Positions 26,371-36,963 of a stretch of 64,000 nucleotides of DNA are shown one piece after another. The DNA is taken from NCBI GenBank assembly GCA_944384465.1, contig CALWTK010000003.1, positions 34,383-98,382 on the forward strand, written 5' to 3'. The translations under genes were made by a program, and so were the position numbers. The notes beneath the pieces were generated by a model that saw only the letters and a program-made list of their open reading frames with translations, was not told the DNA's origin and ran no database searches. This DNA is from an uncultured Clostridia bacterium (GTDB taxonomy: Bacteria > Bacillota > Clostridia > Christensenellales > UBA1242). Positions within the stretch are counted from its first letter, which is position 1. Each line of letters opens with the position of its first letter.

Positions 26371-26964
26371 TTAGATGTATTGATTCAAAATTTCACATAT
26401 TTTATCCGTGCCTAATTTTTTTTGAGCACTTGTGGGGATGATGACATCTTTGTTGTGTCTGATGGCCTGCGCTATTTTGTTGATATTATTATTCAATTCA
26501 CTTTTACTCAGCTTGTCCGCTTTGGTTAAAATAACCACGTGTGGAATTTCATTTTCCGCTAGATAATCCAACATCTCTATATCCAAATCTGTTGGCATAT
26601 GACGACTATCTAGCAACAACAGCACAAGACGCAAATTTCTATTGTCGACGAAAAAATCGTTCATGACTCTATCCCAACTGCTGACGAGATTTTTGCTCGC
26701 ACTAGCAAAGCCATAGCCAGGTAAATCAACTAAATAAAATTGATTGTTCACATTAAAATAATTTACCAACCGTGTCCTTCCAGGTTGCGAACTTGTCTTT
26801 GCCATTTTTTTGTTGTTGGTGAGCATATTTATTAGACTACTTTTACCCACATTACTTCTCCCCACAACTGCAATCAGGGGCAGGTCATCATCAATAAATT
26901 CTTCCTTTTTGCTGGCACTTTTCACAAATTTAACATTTATAAACCTTATCTCTTTTTCACTCAT
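26371..26964 (-). CDS. engB: ribosome biogenesis GTPase EngB/YsxC
   Basis: G1 GRSNVGKSSLIN, G3 DLPGYG and G4 TKADK. 197 aa. Confidence 0.9.
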   Translation of the reverse strand: MSEKEIRFINVKFVKSASKKEEFIDDDLPLIAVVGRSNVGKSSLINMLTNNKKMAKTSSQPGRTRLVNYFNVNNQFYLVDLPGYGFASASKNLVSSWDRVMNDFFVDNRNLRLVLLLLDSRHMPTDLDIEMLDYLAENEIPHVVILTKADKLSKSELNNNINKIAQAIRHNKDVIIPTSAQKKLGTDKICEILNQYI

Positions 26965-27052
26965 ATCGTTCTTCCTTTATTATTTTAACAAACTTATTAT
27001 TATTTCGTCAATACATATATAAAATTTAACTCAACAAAAAATAAAACTATAG

Positions 27053-27081
27053 TTGACTTAATCGAACATATGTTCTATAAT
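27053..27081 (+). promoter_or_regulatory. sigma-A promoter with an embedded LexA (Cheo) box upstream of dinB
   Basis: TTGACT (27053-58), a 17-nt spacer, then TATAAT (27076-81). The spacer contains CGAACATATGTTC (27063-75), which matches the Firmicute SOS box CGAAC-N4-GTTC. Confidence 0.8.
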
Positions 27082-27098
27082 ATTAAAAAGGAAATAAG

Positions 27099-28280
27099 AT
27101 GAAAGATAGACGTGTGATATTACATGTGGATATGAATAATTTTTATGCATCGGTAGAATGCCTCATGAACCCAAGCATAAAGAATTATGCCGTTGCGGTA
27201 GCTGGGGACCCAAATAAGCGAACGGGAATAATACTAGCAAAAAACTATCTAGCAAAAGTCTATGGAGTCAAAACTGGCGAAGCAATCTGGGAAGCAAAAC
27301 AAAAATGCCCCTCTTTGATAACCGTCGCCCCACACCATGACAAATATCAAGAATATAGCGAAAAAGCTCATGCGATTTACTATCAATACACCGACCTAAT
27401 TGAGCCTTTTGGGATAGATGAATGTTGGCTAGACATCACTGACAGCTTGAAGCTTTTTAATGCTACCCCGCTCGAACTTGCAAAAAAAATCCAAACCCAA
27501 ATACACAACGAATTAGGATTATCCGTATCTATAGGCATCTCGTGGAGCAAAACATTGGCAAAATTGGGTAGCGACATGAAAAAGCCCATGGGATTGACAG
27601 TCATTGACAAAAATAATCATATAGATATCATCAAAAAATTGAAAATTGAAGATATGATCATGATTGGAAAACATACAGCAAAAAAATTGCACGCCATGAA
27701 TGTAAATACTTTGTATGAGCTTTATTTACTTGACCCACAATTCTTGCGCCAACACTTTGGAATAGTTGGACTATATCTTCACAATGCGGTCAGCGGGATT
27801 GATGATGACAAACTCATCGCCCCACGAGACGAAGATACAAAAAGTGTGGGAAATGGCGCAACCGCTGTAAAAGATATGCGAGATCTAGATGAAATAAAAG
27901 ATTTTCTTCATGATTTGTCTAGCAAAGTATCTAGAAGATTACGTGCACACGGATTTTTAGCAAAGACGATACATCTCACTATCAAATATGCAGATTTCAC
28001 TTATTCGTCAGCTCAAAACACAATGAACCATTACTTCAGCAACGAACAGGATATTTTCAACTATTCTTACGAAATTTTCTATCACCTAGCAGGAGAAAAA
28101 TTTCCACCAGTGCGTGCACTTAGAATATGTACTACGAATTTAATAATCAAACAAGAAGACCATCAGGTCAACCTGTTTGATAATGTGAAAAATGAAAAAC
28201 TGTGTTCCACCATAGATTCTCTAAAAGAAAAATACGGCGAAAATGTAATTTCTCTAGCAAAGGATTATAAAGAATTTTAA
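27099..28280 (+). CDS. dinB: DNA polymerase IV (Y-family)
   Basis: ILHVDMNNFYASVE start and the catalytic segment FGIDECWLD. 393 aa. Confidence 0.93.
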   Translation: MKDRRVILHVDMNNFYASVECLMNPSIKNYAVAVAGDPNKRTGIILAKNYLAKVYGVKTGEAIWEAKQKCPSLITVAPHHDKYQEYSEKAHAIYYQYTDLIEPFGIDECWLDITDSLKLFNATPLELAKKIQTQIHNELGLSVSIGISWSKTLAKLGSDMKKPMGLTVIDKNNHIDIIKKLKIEDMIMIGKHTAKKLHAMNVNTLYELYLLDPQFLRQHFGIVGLYLHNAVSGIDDDKLIAPRDEDTKSVGNGATAVKDMRDLDEIKDFLHDLSSKVSRRLRAHGFLAKTIHLTIKYADFTYSSAQNTMNHYFSNEQDIFNYSYEIFYHLAGEKFPPVRALRICTTNLIIKQEDHQVNLFDNVKNEKLCSTIDSLKEKYGENVISLAKDYKEF

Positions 28281-28297
28281 CTGCGTATAATAGATAT

Positions 28298-28849
28298 ATG
28301 AAAAAATGGGGCTATTTGATAATTGTTAGTTTTGTATTCACGATTTTGCTCGCTGGATATAAAACTTTTTTGAGTCTCACCCACCCCATAAAATATCAAT
28401 CAGAAATCATAAATATTTCATCAAAATATGATTTGGACCCGACAATTATAGCAAGCGTCATCAATGTAGAAAGTTCATATAATGCTGACGCCGTCTCAAA
28501 CAAAAAGGCAATCGGACTGATGCAGATAAAATTGTCAACCGCTCAATATATGAACGATTATTATGGAATAGATCTAGTGTTGAGTGAACAAGATCTGTTG
28601 AATCCCATTACGAATATTGAATATGGTTGTATGTATATAAATTATTTATTTAAAAAATTTGATAATGTAGACACTGCTTTGTGCGCATACAACGCTGGTG
28701 AGACTAGAGTCAGAGTTTGGTTGAGAGACGGTCAATATTCTAGCGATGGAAAAACCCTAAATAATATTCCCTATCAAGAGACAAATAATTACATCAAAAA
28801 AATAAAAAATAATATTAAATTTTATCAAAAAATATATAAAAATTTTTAA
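28298..28849 (+). CDS. membrane-anchored lytic transglycosylase (SLT domain)
   Basis: N-terminal TM helix. Motifs ES (VINVESSYN), GLMQI and AYNAG. Confidence 0.85.
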   Translation: MKKWGYLIIVSFVFTILLAGYKTFLSLTHPIKYQSEIINISSKYDLDPTIIASVINVESSYNADAVSNKKAIGLMQIKLSTAQYMNDYYGIDLVLSEQDLLNPITNIEYGCMYINYLFKKFDNVDTALCAYNAGETRVRVWLRDGQYSSDGKTLNNIPYQETNNYIKKIKNNIKFYQKIYKNF

Positions 28850-28873
28850 AAAATATAATTTTTAATATTTATT

Positions 28874-29941
28874 TTATTCATTTTCTTTAATTTCGTCATC
28901 ATTATTCTGCATTTTAATTTTTTTTGAATTAATTTTATATTTTGTCAATTTAATAGAAATCATTAACAGCAGAACTATCAAATAAATCCCACTGATTATT
29001 CCTGATACGACATATAAATATTTGACAATAAATGAATATCCCAAATTTGACACAATTAAATTGAGCAATACAATGACGACTGAAACAAATATTGATTTTT
29101 TACCTTTCAATATAATGCTTTGCGTATTGAAGCTGCAGATCATCAACGTGGAAAATAATCCGCAAACGAGAGCAGCAAAATATATACAATAAAACCAAAC
29201 TGAAATATTACTGCTGACTTCAAACATTGGCATATCTGTACTATACTGATTGGAGGCAAATACCAAAATATTTAAAAAGATTATCAAACATATACTGAGG
29301 ACGACAAAAAGTTTGCCTTTTGATTTTAGTCTTGTCTCAAACAGAACTGGAAGCGCAGCAACAAAATTATTTACACCAAACAATATTCCGTAAAACAAAG
29401 CCATAAAACCTGATTGAACGTTGATCTGCATATTTACATTTTGTGGGTTGATGTTCCCGATAGAATTGATCACAATCACAGCAATCATCAGTGGCACTAA
29501 AATGTTGGCAATCATTTTGACTTTTTTTATCCCGCCAAGCAAGATAAAAAGTGTGATTATTGTGAGAATTATTGACGGAATTCTATAACCTATTCCAAAA
29601 AAATTTTGAAATAAATAATCTGCGCCCGCCAGCATGCCGGCACTTGTGATAGTAAAATTGATGACCATTATGACATTTGTTAATTTGCATAGCGAGCCAA
29701 AGATTATAGCATTGAATTCGGTATAACTATTTAGTTCCAATTTCTTTTTCACATAATCCACAATAAGGAATAAGTAAATATACAACAATCCAAACGCTAG
29801 CATCCCAATTATTGACGCGCCATCAAACGCAAAAAAGAAAACATAGATCTCTTTCCCTGATGCAAATCCCACCCCAATTATTGCACTCAATATTAAAAAA
29901 TAGTCCACAACAGTGGACCAAATTTTTCTTCCACCTTCCAT
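28874..29941 (-). CDS. YkvI-family polytopic membrane protein (putative transporter)
   Basis: 355 aa, about 10 TM segments. The N-terminal IIGVGFASGKEI motif is typical of YkvI-like proteins. Confidence 0.65.
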   Translation of the reverse strand: MEGGRKIWSTVVDYFLILSAIIGVGFASGKEIYVFFFAFDGASIIGMLAFGLLYIYLFLIVDYVKKKLELNSYTEFNAIIFGSLCKLTNVIMVINFTITSAGMLAGADYLFQNFFGIGYRIPSIILTIITLFILLGGIKKVKMIANILVPLMIAVIVINSIGNINPQNVNMQINVQSGFMALFYGILFGVNNFVAALPVLFETRLKSKGKLFVVLSICLIIFLNILVFASNQYSTDMPMFEVSSNISVWFYCIYFAALVCGLFSTLMICSFNTQSIILKGKKSIFVSVVIVLLNLIVSNLGYSFIVKYLYVVSGIISGIYLIVLLLMISIKLTKYKINSKKIKMQNNDDEIKENE

Positions 29942-29975
29942 ACTTAATTGTATGAAGGGGTCTAAAATTAAATTA

Positions 29976-30677
29976 CTATTTGTCTAACATAATAATTCGA
30001 CCGCAGTGCTCACATGATAACATCTTTTTATTCTTCAATTTCTCAATAAAATTGAGAGACAATTCTGTCTTGCATCCACCACAAAATCTAGAATCTTCCA
30101 AGTTTACATACACCGGAAATATACCATTTGCTTTCATCTCTTTGTATTTGGCGTATTTTTCTTTATCTTCTACCTTTGGCTCTAGATTTTTTATTTTATT
30201 TTCCAGCTCGGCTATTTTAGGGGCGACCTCTTGTCGTTTTTCTTCAATCCTTGCCTTGATGTTCACCGAACGTTTCTTTGCTTCTGTGAGTTTATTCGAG
30301 AGTTCAGAACTTTTCCTAACAATCTCTTCTGCCTTACGCACCAGTTCTTCCACTCGTCTATTTTCTTCACTGAGTTCGCCGACAAGACCGTTCGCATCTG
30401 TTATTAATGAGGATATGTTGTCCAAATTTATATTTTCTACATTGCGTTTCTTTATGATTTCACTATTGCCTTTAAATTTTGAATACCTATTCATTGCGGC
30501 ATTGTAATTTTTGATAATTTCATTTGCTTGCGATTCTAATTGTTCGAAACGCGATCTACCTTCTTGCAACACTTTTTTGTAATTTTTGAAATCAATACTT
30601 GCGGGGCATTTATCTACTTCTCGATTGAGTGCCCTGATTTGTCTATCTAAATTTTGTATTTCTAATATAACTTTCAT
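29976..30677 (-). CDS. coiled-coil protein with a C-terminal C4 zinc ribbon (COG1579-like)
   Basis: Long heptad-rich region, then CGGC...x17...CEHCGR. Confidence 0.7.
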   Translation of the reverse strand: MKVILEIQNLDRQIRALNREVDKCPASIDFKNYKKVLQEGRSRFEQLESQANEIIKNYNAAMNRYSKFKGNSEIIKKRNVENINLDNISSLITDANGLVGELSEENRRVEELVRKAEEIVRKSSELSNKLTEAKKRSVNIKARIEEKRQEVAPKIAELENKIKNLEPKVEDKEKYAKYKEMKANGIFPVYVNLEDSRFCGGCKTELSLNFIEKLKNKKMLSCEHCGRIIMLDK

Positions 30678-31777
30678 TATTTTCTCCCTTTACCAATCTC
30701 TTCTTCATCATCTGACAAATCATCACGCAAACGTTTTAATTTCGATGGATGACGCAATTTTCTAAGTGCTTTTGCTTCAATTTGACGAATACGCTCACGG
30801 GTAACTGAAAATTCACGCCCGACTTCTTCTAGTGTCCTAGGGTGAGCGTCATCTAATCCGTAACGCAAACGTATAACTTTTTGCTCTCGTGGAGTGAGTG
30901 TCTCCAAAACGCTCATCAACTGTTCCTTTAACATATTTTGCATGGCAATATCTTGCGGAGACAAAGCATTTTCGTCTGGGATGATGTCTCCAATCTTACT
31001 ATCTTCTTCATGTCCCATTTTGCTCTCTAATGAAATAGGATCTTGAGATATTCTTTGTACTTCTAGCACTTTTTCAACAGTCGTATTCAACCTCTCCGCA
31101 ATCTCTTCAATACGTGGGTCCCTACCCAACTCTTGCATCAACTCACGAAACGCCTTGTTGTGCTTCGAAATCGTCTCCACCATGTGTACTGGCACACGCA
31201 TCAATCTCGCTTGGTCAGAAATGGCACGTGTAATGCCCTGTCTAATCCACCAAGTGCCGTATGTTGAAAATTTGTATCCCTTTGTATAATCAAATTTTTC
31301 AACCGCTTTGATCAATCCCAAATTCCCTTCTTGTATCAGATCAAGGAATGGCATATTGTGTTTTTGATACCTTTTAGCAATACTTACGACCAATCTTAAG
31401 TTTGATTCAATGAGTTTATTCCTAGCATATTCGCTATGCTCTTCTGTCAACTGCCTGCTGTATTCCCTCTCTTCCTCAGGCGTCAATAAAGGAATTTTGC
31501 CAATGCTTTTCAAATAAATTTTCACTGGATCATTGACATTTATTTGGCTGATTAAATCTTCAAATTCTTTATCATCAACCGGAATATCGCTTATTGTGTC
31601 CGTGATTGTGATACCATTTTCAGTCAAATATTGCTTGATTTGTTCGACTTCATCTGCATCAATTTCTTCATATTTTCTAATCAAATTGCTACACAGATTA
31701 TCATCCGAAATTGATTTTTGATGTTCATCTTTTAATTGTTGTAACAATTTTTTCTTTATCTCATCAACATTAACCAT
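30677..31777 (-). CDS. rpoD: primary RNA polymerase sigma factor
   Basis: Regions 1.2-4.2 are all present ([35 protein letters not shown]...; [20 protein letters not shown]). Start taken at ATG 31777 (MVNVDE) behind GAGGAG. The track's 31792 start is a TTG. Confidence 0.95.
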   Translation of the reverse strand: MVNVDEIKKKLLQQLKDEHQKSISDDNLCSNLIRKYEEIDADEVEQIKQYLTENGITITDTISDIPVDDKEFEDLISQINVNDPVKIYLKSIGKIPLLTPEEEREYSRQLTEEHSEYARNKLIESNLRLVVSIAKRYQKHNMPFLDLIQEGNLGLIKAVEKFDYTKGYKFSTYGTWWIRQGITRAISDQARLMRVPVHMVETISKHNKAFRELMQELGRDPRIEEIAERLNTTVEKVLEVQRISQDPISLESKMGHEEDSKIGDIIPDENALSPQDIAMQNMLKEQLMSVLETLTPREQKVIRLRYGLDDAHPRTLEEVGREFSVTRERIRQIEAKALRKLRHPSKLKRLRDDLSDDEEEIGKGRK

Positions 31778-32297
31778 TCTTTTTCTCCTCAAATTCTTGT
31801 ATTATTTTTTCTCTAACCCAGTAAACTATATAATCATTAAAATCAATCTTTGCGTCAACTTTATAATTTTCTAGCGCTTCCAACAACCCTAAATTTGCCA
31901 CCTGTATCAAGTCTTGAATATCTACATCCTTATGAAAAGAGTGATAATTCACACACATCAGCATCAAATCCATCAACTTGGAAGTAAGAATTTTATCCTT
32001 AATTTGTTTGTCTAAAGTCTCTTTATATATCTTCAAAAGGTAGTCCAATTCTTTCTTTGATATTCGCTTCGGTTTATTCTTCTTTATATCAGCATAATAA
32101 TCAACCAAACGCTCCAATTCACTTTCGTCAATATCCTGCGTAGCGCTAGGTCGCAATTTCGAAAGAAAATATAATTGAACGTCCTCTCGCTTGTATCTAC
32201 CATTTTTTGCAAGTTCTAAATACAAAGTATCAATGTCTTGCACTCCTAAATTTTGTAGATATTTATACAAGGCATCCTGTTTATCAATCTCTATCAC
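31770..32297 (-). CDS. sigma-70 region-2-only protein (truncated sigma-like)
   Basis: 175 aa. The C-terminal half aligns with rpoD region 2: [44 protein letters not shown] versus [43 protein letters not shown]. The GTG start overlaps the dnaG TGA (GTGA) behind AAGGAG, and its last codons overlap the rpoD ATG. Confidence 0.7.
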   Translation of the reverse strand: MIEIDKQDALYKYLQNLGVQDIDTLYLELAKNGRYKREDVQLYFLSKLRPSATQDIDESELERLVDYYADIKKNKPKRISKKELDYLLKIYKETLDKQIKDKILTSKLMDLMLMCVNYHSFHKDVDIQDLIQVANLGLLEALENYKVDAKIDFNDYIVYWVREKIIQEFEEKKNG

Positions 32298-34084
32298 TGT
32301 TTCTCCTTATTAATTTTATCCGTCAGTTCTTTAATTTTAACCAAATAATTCAATCTTTCATCATCGGTTTCACTTTTGATCAACAAATTTCTATATTTTT
32401 CTTTCTCTTCTTGCAGCATATATAGCTTCACTCGCTTAATTGTGTCCGCAATCATAGTTTCAAATACAGCATCATCTGGAAAATTGTAATTGATCACCCT
32501 ATCTATCATGGATTTATCATTTATCTCAAAATTATCAAACAATGTAGATATGTTAAAATCTGTTTTTTCTTCCACTTTTTGTCTTAAAAACCTATACAAA
32601 TCACTTAATTCATCTAATTCATCATCAGGAGAGAAAATTCCTGATATTTCGTCAAAATTTGTTATTTTTTTATACAAAATGGCGGCAAGAAGCATGATTT
32701 TGCTATCAATTATATATTTATTGTTGACAGTTTCGCTGATTTTTTCGTCATGTCGGGTGTCTACTTTTTTTGTCTCTTTTTTGGTCATACTTTGTCGCAA
32801 AACATCGAGTGGAATTCTAACCAATTGCTGAACATAGTTTAGATAGATTTCCTGCTCGGCGGGAGACGAAAATTTGGAAATATAATTCAGTGCTTCTTGA
32901 ATATATTTGTTCTTATCCGCATTAGAATTAAAATCATATTTTTTCGCACTATCTGACAAGACGAAATCTACACAGTCTTGCGCATGAGATAGCATGTCCA
33001 TAAAATTGTCTTTTCCATATTTTTTCAAATATTCGTCAGGATCTTTTGCTTTATTCACATCTAGGCGCACCACTTTGACATTCAACCCTTCTTCTTTCAA
33101 AATATCTATCGCCTTATAGGTCGCCAGTCTTCCCGCATTGTCCGCATCAAGGCACAAGATGACATTATCTACAAGTTGTTTGATTTTTTTTGCATGTTGC
33201 ACGGTCAAAGCTGTCCCCATACACCCTATTGTATTAGTGAGCCCCGCTTGATGACATGCAATAACATCAATATGCCCCTCTACAATAATGATGGTGTCCA
33301 GCATATGACTTTTTTTGAGGTCTCGCACAAAATTGTAAGCAAACAAAATCTCACTTTTATTAAACACTATCGTCTGTGGTGTGTTTTTGTATTTTGTATG
33401 ATCGGGCGCTTCACTGACGCTCCTGCCTGAGTAGGCAACGACATCCCCAAATCCATTAAATATAGGGAATATCAACCTTGTTCCATAAAAATCATACAAA
33501 CCCCCTCTTTCATTTTTGCCAACCACACCAGCGTTGATCATATCTTGGGGATTGAAACTTAAACTCAACAAATATTTTGGCAAATCATCATAATTTAATG
33601 ATGCACCTATCTGAAATTTTTCTATCATCTCAGAATTAATTTTCCTAGACTGCAAATATTGTGCCTGTTGAGAACTAGGTGCTCCTATAAGATTCTTGTG
33701 ATAAAACTCGGTAGTCGCTTTCAATATTTGATAAGCAATATCACGCTGCTTTTTCTTGCGTTGCATCTCATCATTTTCTGCCATGGTTGGCATCTCTATA
33801 CCAGCATTTTTGCAAAGCATTTCTACAGCGGTCAAAAAATCCACATTTTCCAATTTCATAATAAGAGTGATGACATCGCCACTCTCCCCACAACCAAAAC
33901 ATTTGAAGAATTGTCCGTCCTGCCTTATTGAAAAAGATGGAGTCTTTTCATTATGAAATGGACAACATGCCCAAAAACTATTGCCTCGCCTTTTCAGCGT
34001 TATGTATTTGCTCGCTATATCAACTATATCATTTTTGGCACGTAACTCATCTAGAAATGCAGAAGATATACTCCCTCTCGTCAT
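32294..34084 (-). CDS. dnaG: DNA primase
   Basis: Zinc ribbon CPFHNEKTPSF...CFGCG, TOPRIM (EGHIDV...DADNAG) and a C-terminal helicase-binding region. Start taken at ATG 34084 (MTRGSISS) behind GGAG. The track's 34099 start is a TTG. Confidence 0.95.
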   Translation of the reverse strand: MTRGSISSAFLDELRAKNDIVDIASKYITLKRRGNSFWACCPFHNEKTPSFSIRQDGQFFKCFGCGESGDVITLIMKLENVDFLTAVEMLCKNAGIEMPTMAENDEMQRKKKQRDIAYQILKATTEFYHKNLIGAPSSQQAQYLQSRKINSEMIEKFQIGASLNYDDLPKYLLSLSFNPQDMINAGVVGKNERGGLYDFYGTRLIFPIFNGFGDVVAYSGRSVSEAPDHTKYKNTPQTIVFNKSEILFAYNFVRDLKKSHMLDTIIIVEGHIDVIACHQAGLTNTIGCMGTALTVQHAKKIKQLVDNVILCLDADNAGRLATYKAIDILKEEGLNVKVVRLDVNKAKDPDEYLKKYGKDNFMDMLSHAQDCVDFVLSDSAKKYDFNSNADKNKYIQEALNYISKFSSPAEQEIYLNYVQQLVRIPLDVLRQSMTKKETKKVDTRHDEKISETVNNKYIIDSKIMLLAAILYKKITNFDEISGIFSPDDELDELSDLYRFLRQKVEEKTDFNISTLFDNFEINDKSMIDRVINYNFPDDAVFETMIADTIKRVKLYMLQEEKEKYRNLLIKSETDDERLNYLVKIKELTDKINKEKQ

Positions 34085-34260
34085 CTGTAAAATCTCCAAT
34101 CAGTAACATAATACATCATATAAAAAAATTATCCTTAATATTTTTAAAATTTACAAATAAAAAAATTATGTTTCAAACACTTTTTTTAACTCTCTTCATA
34201 ACTAAATACAACGAAATATATAAAACTCCTAACATTTTTAAAAAATTTATTGTTCTTTAT

Positions 34261-34298
34261 AAAAAAGGTAAAAGACCAAAGGAATATATCCTTTGATC
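34261..34298 (-). terminator. intrinsic terminator of ppdK
   Basis: Minus strand: GATCAAAGGA-TATAT-TCCTTTGGTC followed by TTTTACCTTTTTT. Confidence 0.7.
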
Positions 34299-34320
34299 TA
34301 TAATATTTAATCACTTTTAT

Positions 34321-36963
34321 TTACTTTCTTGGATTTTTTATATTTGCTTGTGCGGCGGCTAAACGGGCGATTGGCACGCGGAATGGTGAACAGCTGACAT
34401 AATCTAGTCCAATATTATGGCAGAATTCTATGCTAGATGGATCACCACCATGCTCCCCACATATACCGGCATGCAAATCAGGGCGAACTGATTTACCAAG
34501 TTTTACTGCCATCTCCATCAATTTACCAACGCCTGTAGTATCAAGACGTGCGAATGGGTCAGACTCGTAGATTTTATTCGCATAATATGCTGGCAAGAAT
34601 TTACCTGCATCATCACGGCTAAAGCCGAATGTCATCTGAGTCAAATCGTTCGTACCGAAACAGAAGAATTCTGCTTCTTTCGCGATTTGGTCTGCTGTTA
34701 GAGCAGCTCTTGGGATCTCTATCATAGTGCCGACTTCATATTTCAAGGTTGCATTATTCTCTTTGATGACTTTATCAGCAGTATCAACAACTATTTTCTT
34801 GACAAACGCTAATTCCTTCACATCCCCTACTAGAGGTATCATGATCTCTGGTGCGACTTTCCAATCTTTGTGCTTGTTTTGTACATTGATGGCAGCTTTG
34901 ATTATAGCGTTGGTCTGCATGACTGCAATTTCAGGATATGTGATCGTCAATCTGCATCCCCTATGACCCATCATTGGGTTGAATTCGTGCAAATCATTGA
35001 TGATTTGTTTGATTTGAGCGACAGTTTTGCCCTGTGCTTTTGCCAAAGCAGCAATATCTTCTTCACTGGTTGGAACAAACTCGTGAAGTGGTGGGTCCAA
35101 GAAACGTATTGTGACAGGCATACCCTTCAATGCTTCCATCAAGCCTTCAAAGTCTTTTTGCTGCATTGGTTCTATCTTGGCGAGCGCTTTTTCTCTCTCT
35201 TCGACAGTATCTGAGCAGATCATTTCTCTAAATGCACCGATCCTAGCTGGGTCAAAGAACATGTGCTCTGTACGGCACAAACCAATACCTTGAGCACCCA
35301 ATTCTGCTGCACGTTTAGCATCCGCCGGAGTATCAGCATTTGTTCTAACGCCCAAAGCTTTGTATTTGTCTGCCAATCTCATGATTCTACCAAAATATCC
35401 GCTGTTTGGATCTGCTGGCACAGTTTTGATTTGACAGTCATATATTTTACCTGTAGAGCCGTCCAAAGACATGTAGTCACCTTCATGATAGACTTTTCCT
35501 GCCAATGTAAAGCATTTATTTTCTTCATCCATTTTGATGTCGCCACAACCAGATACACAACAAGTACCCATACCACGAGCGACAACCGCTGCGTGAGATG
35601 TCTGTCCGCCACGAACGGTCAAAATACCTTGTGCATATTTCATACCTTCAATATCTTCTGGACTGGTCTCAAGTCTAACCAAAATAACTTTTTCTTTTTG
35701 TTTACCTAACTTAACTGCATCTTCTGCTGTGAACACAATTTTACCTGCAGCTGCCCCTGGTGAAGCAGCAATACCTTTCCCTACAACATTGTTTTTGTCC
35801 GCATTCTTCAATGCTTCCGCATCGAATTGTGGATGCAATAACATATCTAGTGAACGTGCGTCTATCTGCATCAACGCTTCTTTTTCAGTGATCATACCTT
35901 CGTCAATCAAATCACACGCAATTTTGATCGCTGCAGCAGCTGTCCTTTTGCCATTCCTAGTTTGAAGCATATATAAATGCTTATCTTCAATGGTAAATTC
36001 CATATCCTGCATGTCTCTATAATGTTTTTCAAGGATATTGCAAATCTCTTTGAATTGGTTATACACTTCTGGCATAACTTCTGCCATCTTATCGATAGGC
36101 ATAGGAGTCCTAACCCCTGCGACCACGTCTTCACCTTGCGCGTTGATCAAGAATTCGCCCATCAATCCTTTTTCACCTGTAGCTGGGTTACGAGTGAAAG
36201 CGACACCTGTACCAGATGTGTTACCCATATTGCCGAACGCCATCATCTGAACGTTGACCGCTGTTCCCCAAGAATATGGGATATCATGATCCATACGATA
36301 TATGTTAGCTCTAGGGTTATCCCATGAACGGAATACCGCCTTGATCGCTTCAAACAATTGTTCTTTTGGATCATTAGGGAAATCTTTTCCAAGTTGCTTT
36401 TTGTACTCTGCCTTGAATTCGTTAGCCAATTCCTTCAAATCTTCCGCAGTCAAGTCAACATCATAGACTACACCCTTTTTCTCTTTCATTTGGTCAATCA
36501 GTTTTTCAAAATATTTTTTGCCGACTTCCATTACGACGTCGCTGAACATTTGAATAAATCTTCTGTAGCAGTCCCACGCCCAACGTGGATTTCCGCTCTT
36601 TCTAGAAAGGGTCTCTACCACTTCTTCATTCAAGCCTAAATTCAAAATTGTGTCCATCATGCCTGGCATACTTGCTCTAGCTCCTGAACGGACAGATACC
36701 AAAAGTGGATTTTCTTTATCCCCAAATTTTTTCCCTGTAATCTCTTCCATTTTAGAGATGTTTTCCATAATCTCTTTCTGGATGTCTTTGTTGATTTGTC
36801 TGCCATCTTCATAGTATTGGGTGCACGCTTCGGTAGAGATTGTAAAACCCTGTGGCACTGGCAATCCAATACGCGTCATCTCGGCAAGGTTAGCACCCTT
36901 TCCACCAAGAAGTTCACGCATGTTAGCATTTCCTTCGCTAAATAAGTAAACATATTTTTTCAT
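34321..36963 (-). CDS. ppdK: pyruvate, phosphate dikinase
   Basis: 880 aa. ATP-grasp N-terminus (GGKGANLAEM), phospho-His motif GGQTSHAAVVARG and a PEP/pyruvate TIM-barrel C-terminus. Confidence 0.97.
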   Translation of the reverse strand: MKKYVYLFSEGNANMRELLGGKGANLAEMTRIGLPVPQGFTISTEACTQYYEDGRQINKDIQKEIMENISKMEEITGKKFGDKENPLLVSVRSGARASMPGMMDTILNLGLNEEVVETLSRKSGNPRWAWDCYRRFIQMFSDVVMEVGKKYFEKLIDQMKEKKGVVYDVDLTAEDLKELANEFKAEYKKQLGKDFPNDPKEQLFEAIKAVFRSWDNPRANIYRMDHDIPYSWGTAVNVQMMAFGNMGNTSGTGVAFTRNPATGEKGLMGEFLINAQGEDVVAGVRTPMPIDKMAEVMPEVYNQFKEICNILEKHYRDMQDMEFTIEDKHLYMLQTRNGKRTAAAAIKIACDLIDEGMITEKEALMQIDARSLDMLLHPQFDAEALKNADKNNVVGKGIAASPGAAAGKIVFTAEDAVKLGKQKEKVILVRLETSPEDIEGMKYAQGILTVRGGQTSHAAVVARGMGTCCVSGCGDIKMDEENKCFTLAGKVYHEGDYMSLDGSTGKIYDCQIKTVPADPNSGYFGRIMRLADKYKALGVRTNADTPADAKRAAELGAQGIGLCRTEHMFFDPARIGAFREMICSDTVEEREKALAKIEPMQQKDFEGLMEALKGMPVTIRFLDPPLHEFVPTSEEDIAALAKAQGKTVAQIKQIINDLHEFNPMMGHRGCRLTITYPEIAVMQTNAIIKAAINVQNKHKDWKVAPEIMIPLVGDVKELAFVKKIVVDTADKVIKENNATLKYEVGTMIEIPRAALTADQIAKEAEFFCFGTNDLTQMTFGFSRDDAGKFLPAYYANKIYESDPFARLDTTGVGKLMEMAVKLGKSVRPDLHAGICGEHGGDPSSIEFCHNIGLDYVSCSPFRVPIARLAAAQANIKNPRK

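Noticed and set aside
29980-30507. 175-aa plus-strand ORF.
   Set aside because: It is an antisense shadow of the coiled-coil/zinc-ribbon gene, Ser/Phe/Leu-rich with no RBS. The same reasoning applies to 49418..49948 (inside ddl), 35263..35709 and 34870..35214 (inside ppdK), 14153..14542 and 14567..14953 (inside murA), 25097..25450, 16820..17164, 41422..41745, 32490..32831 and the other short opposite-strand ORFs in the track.
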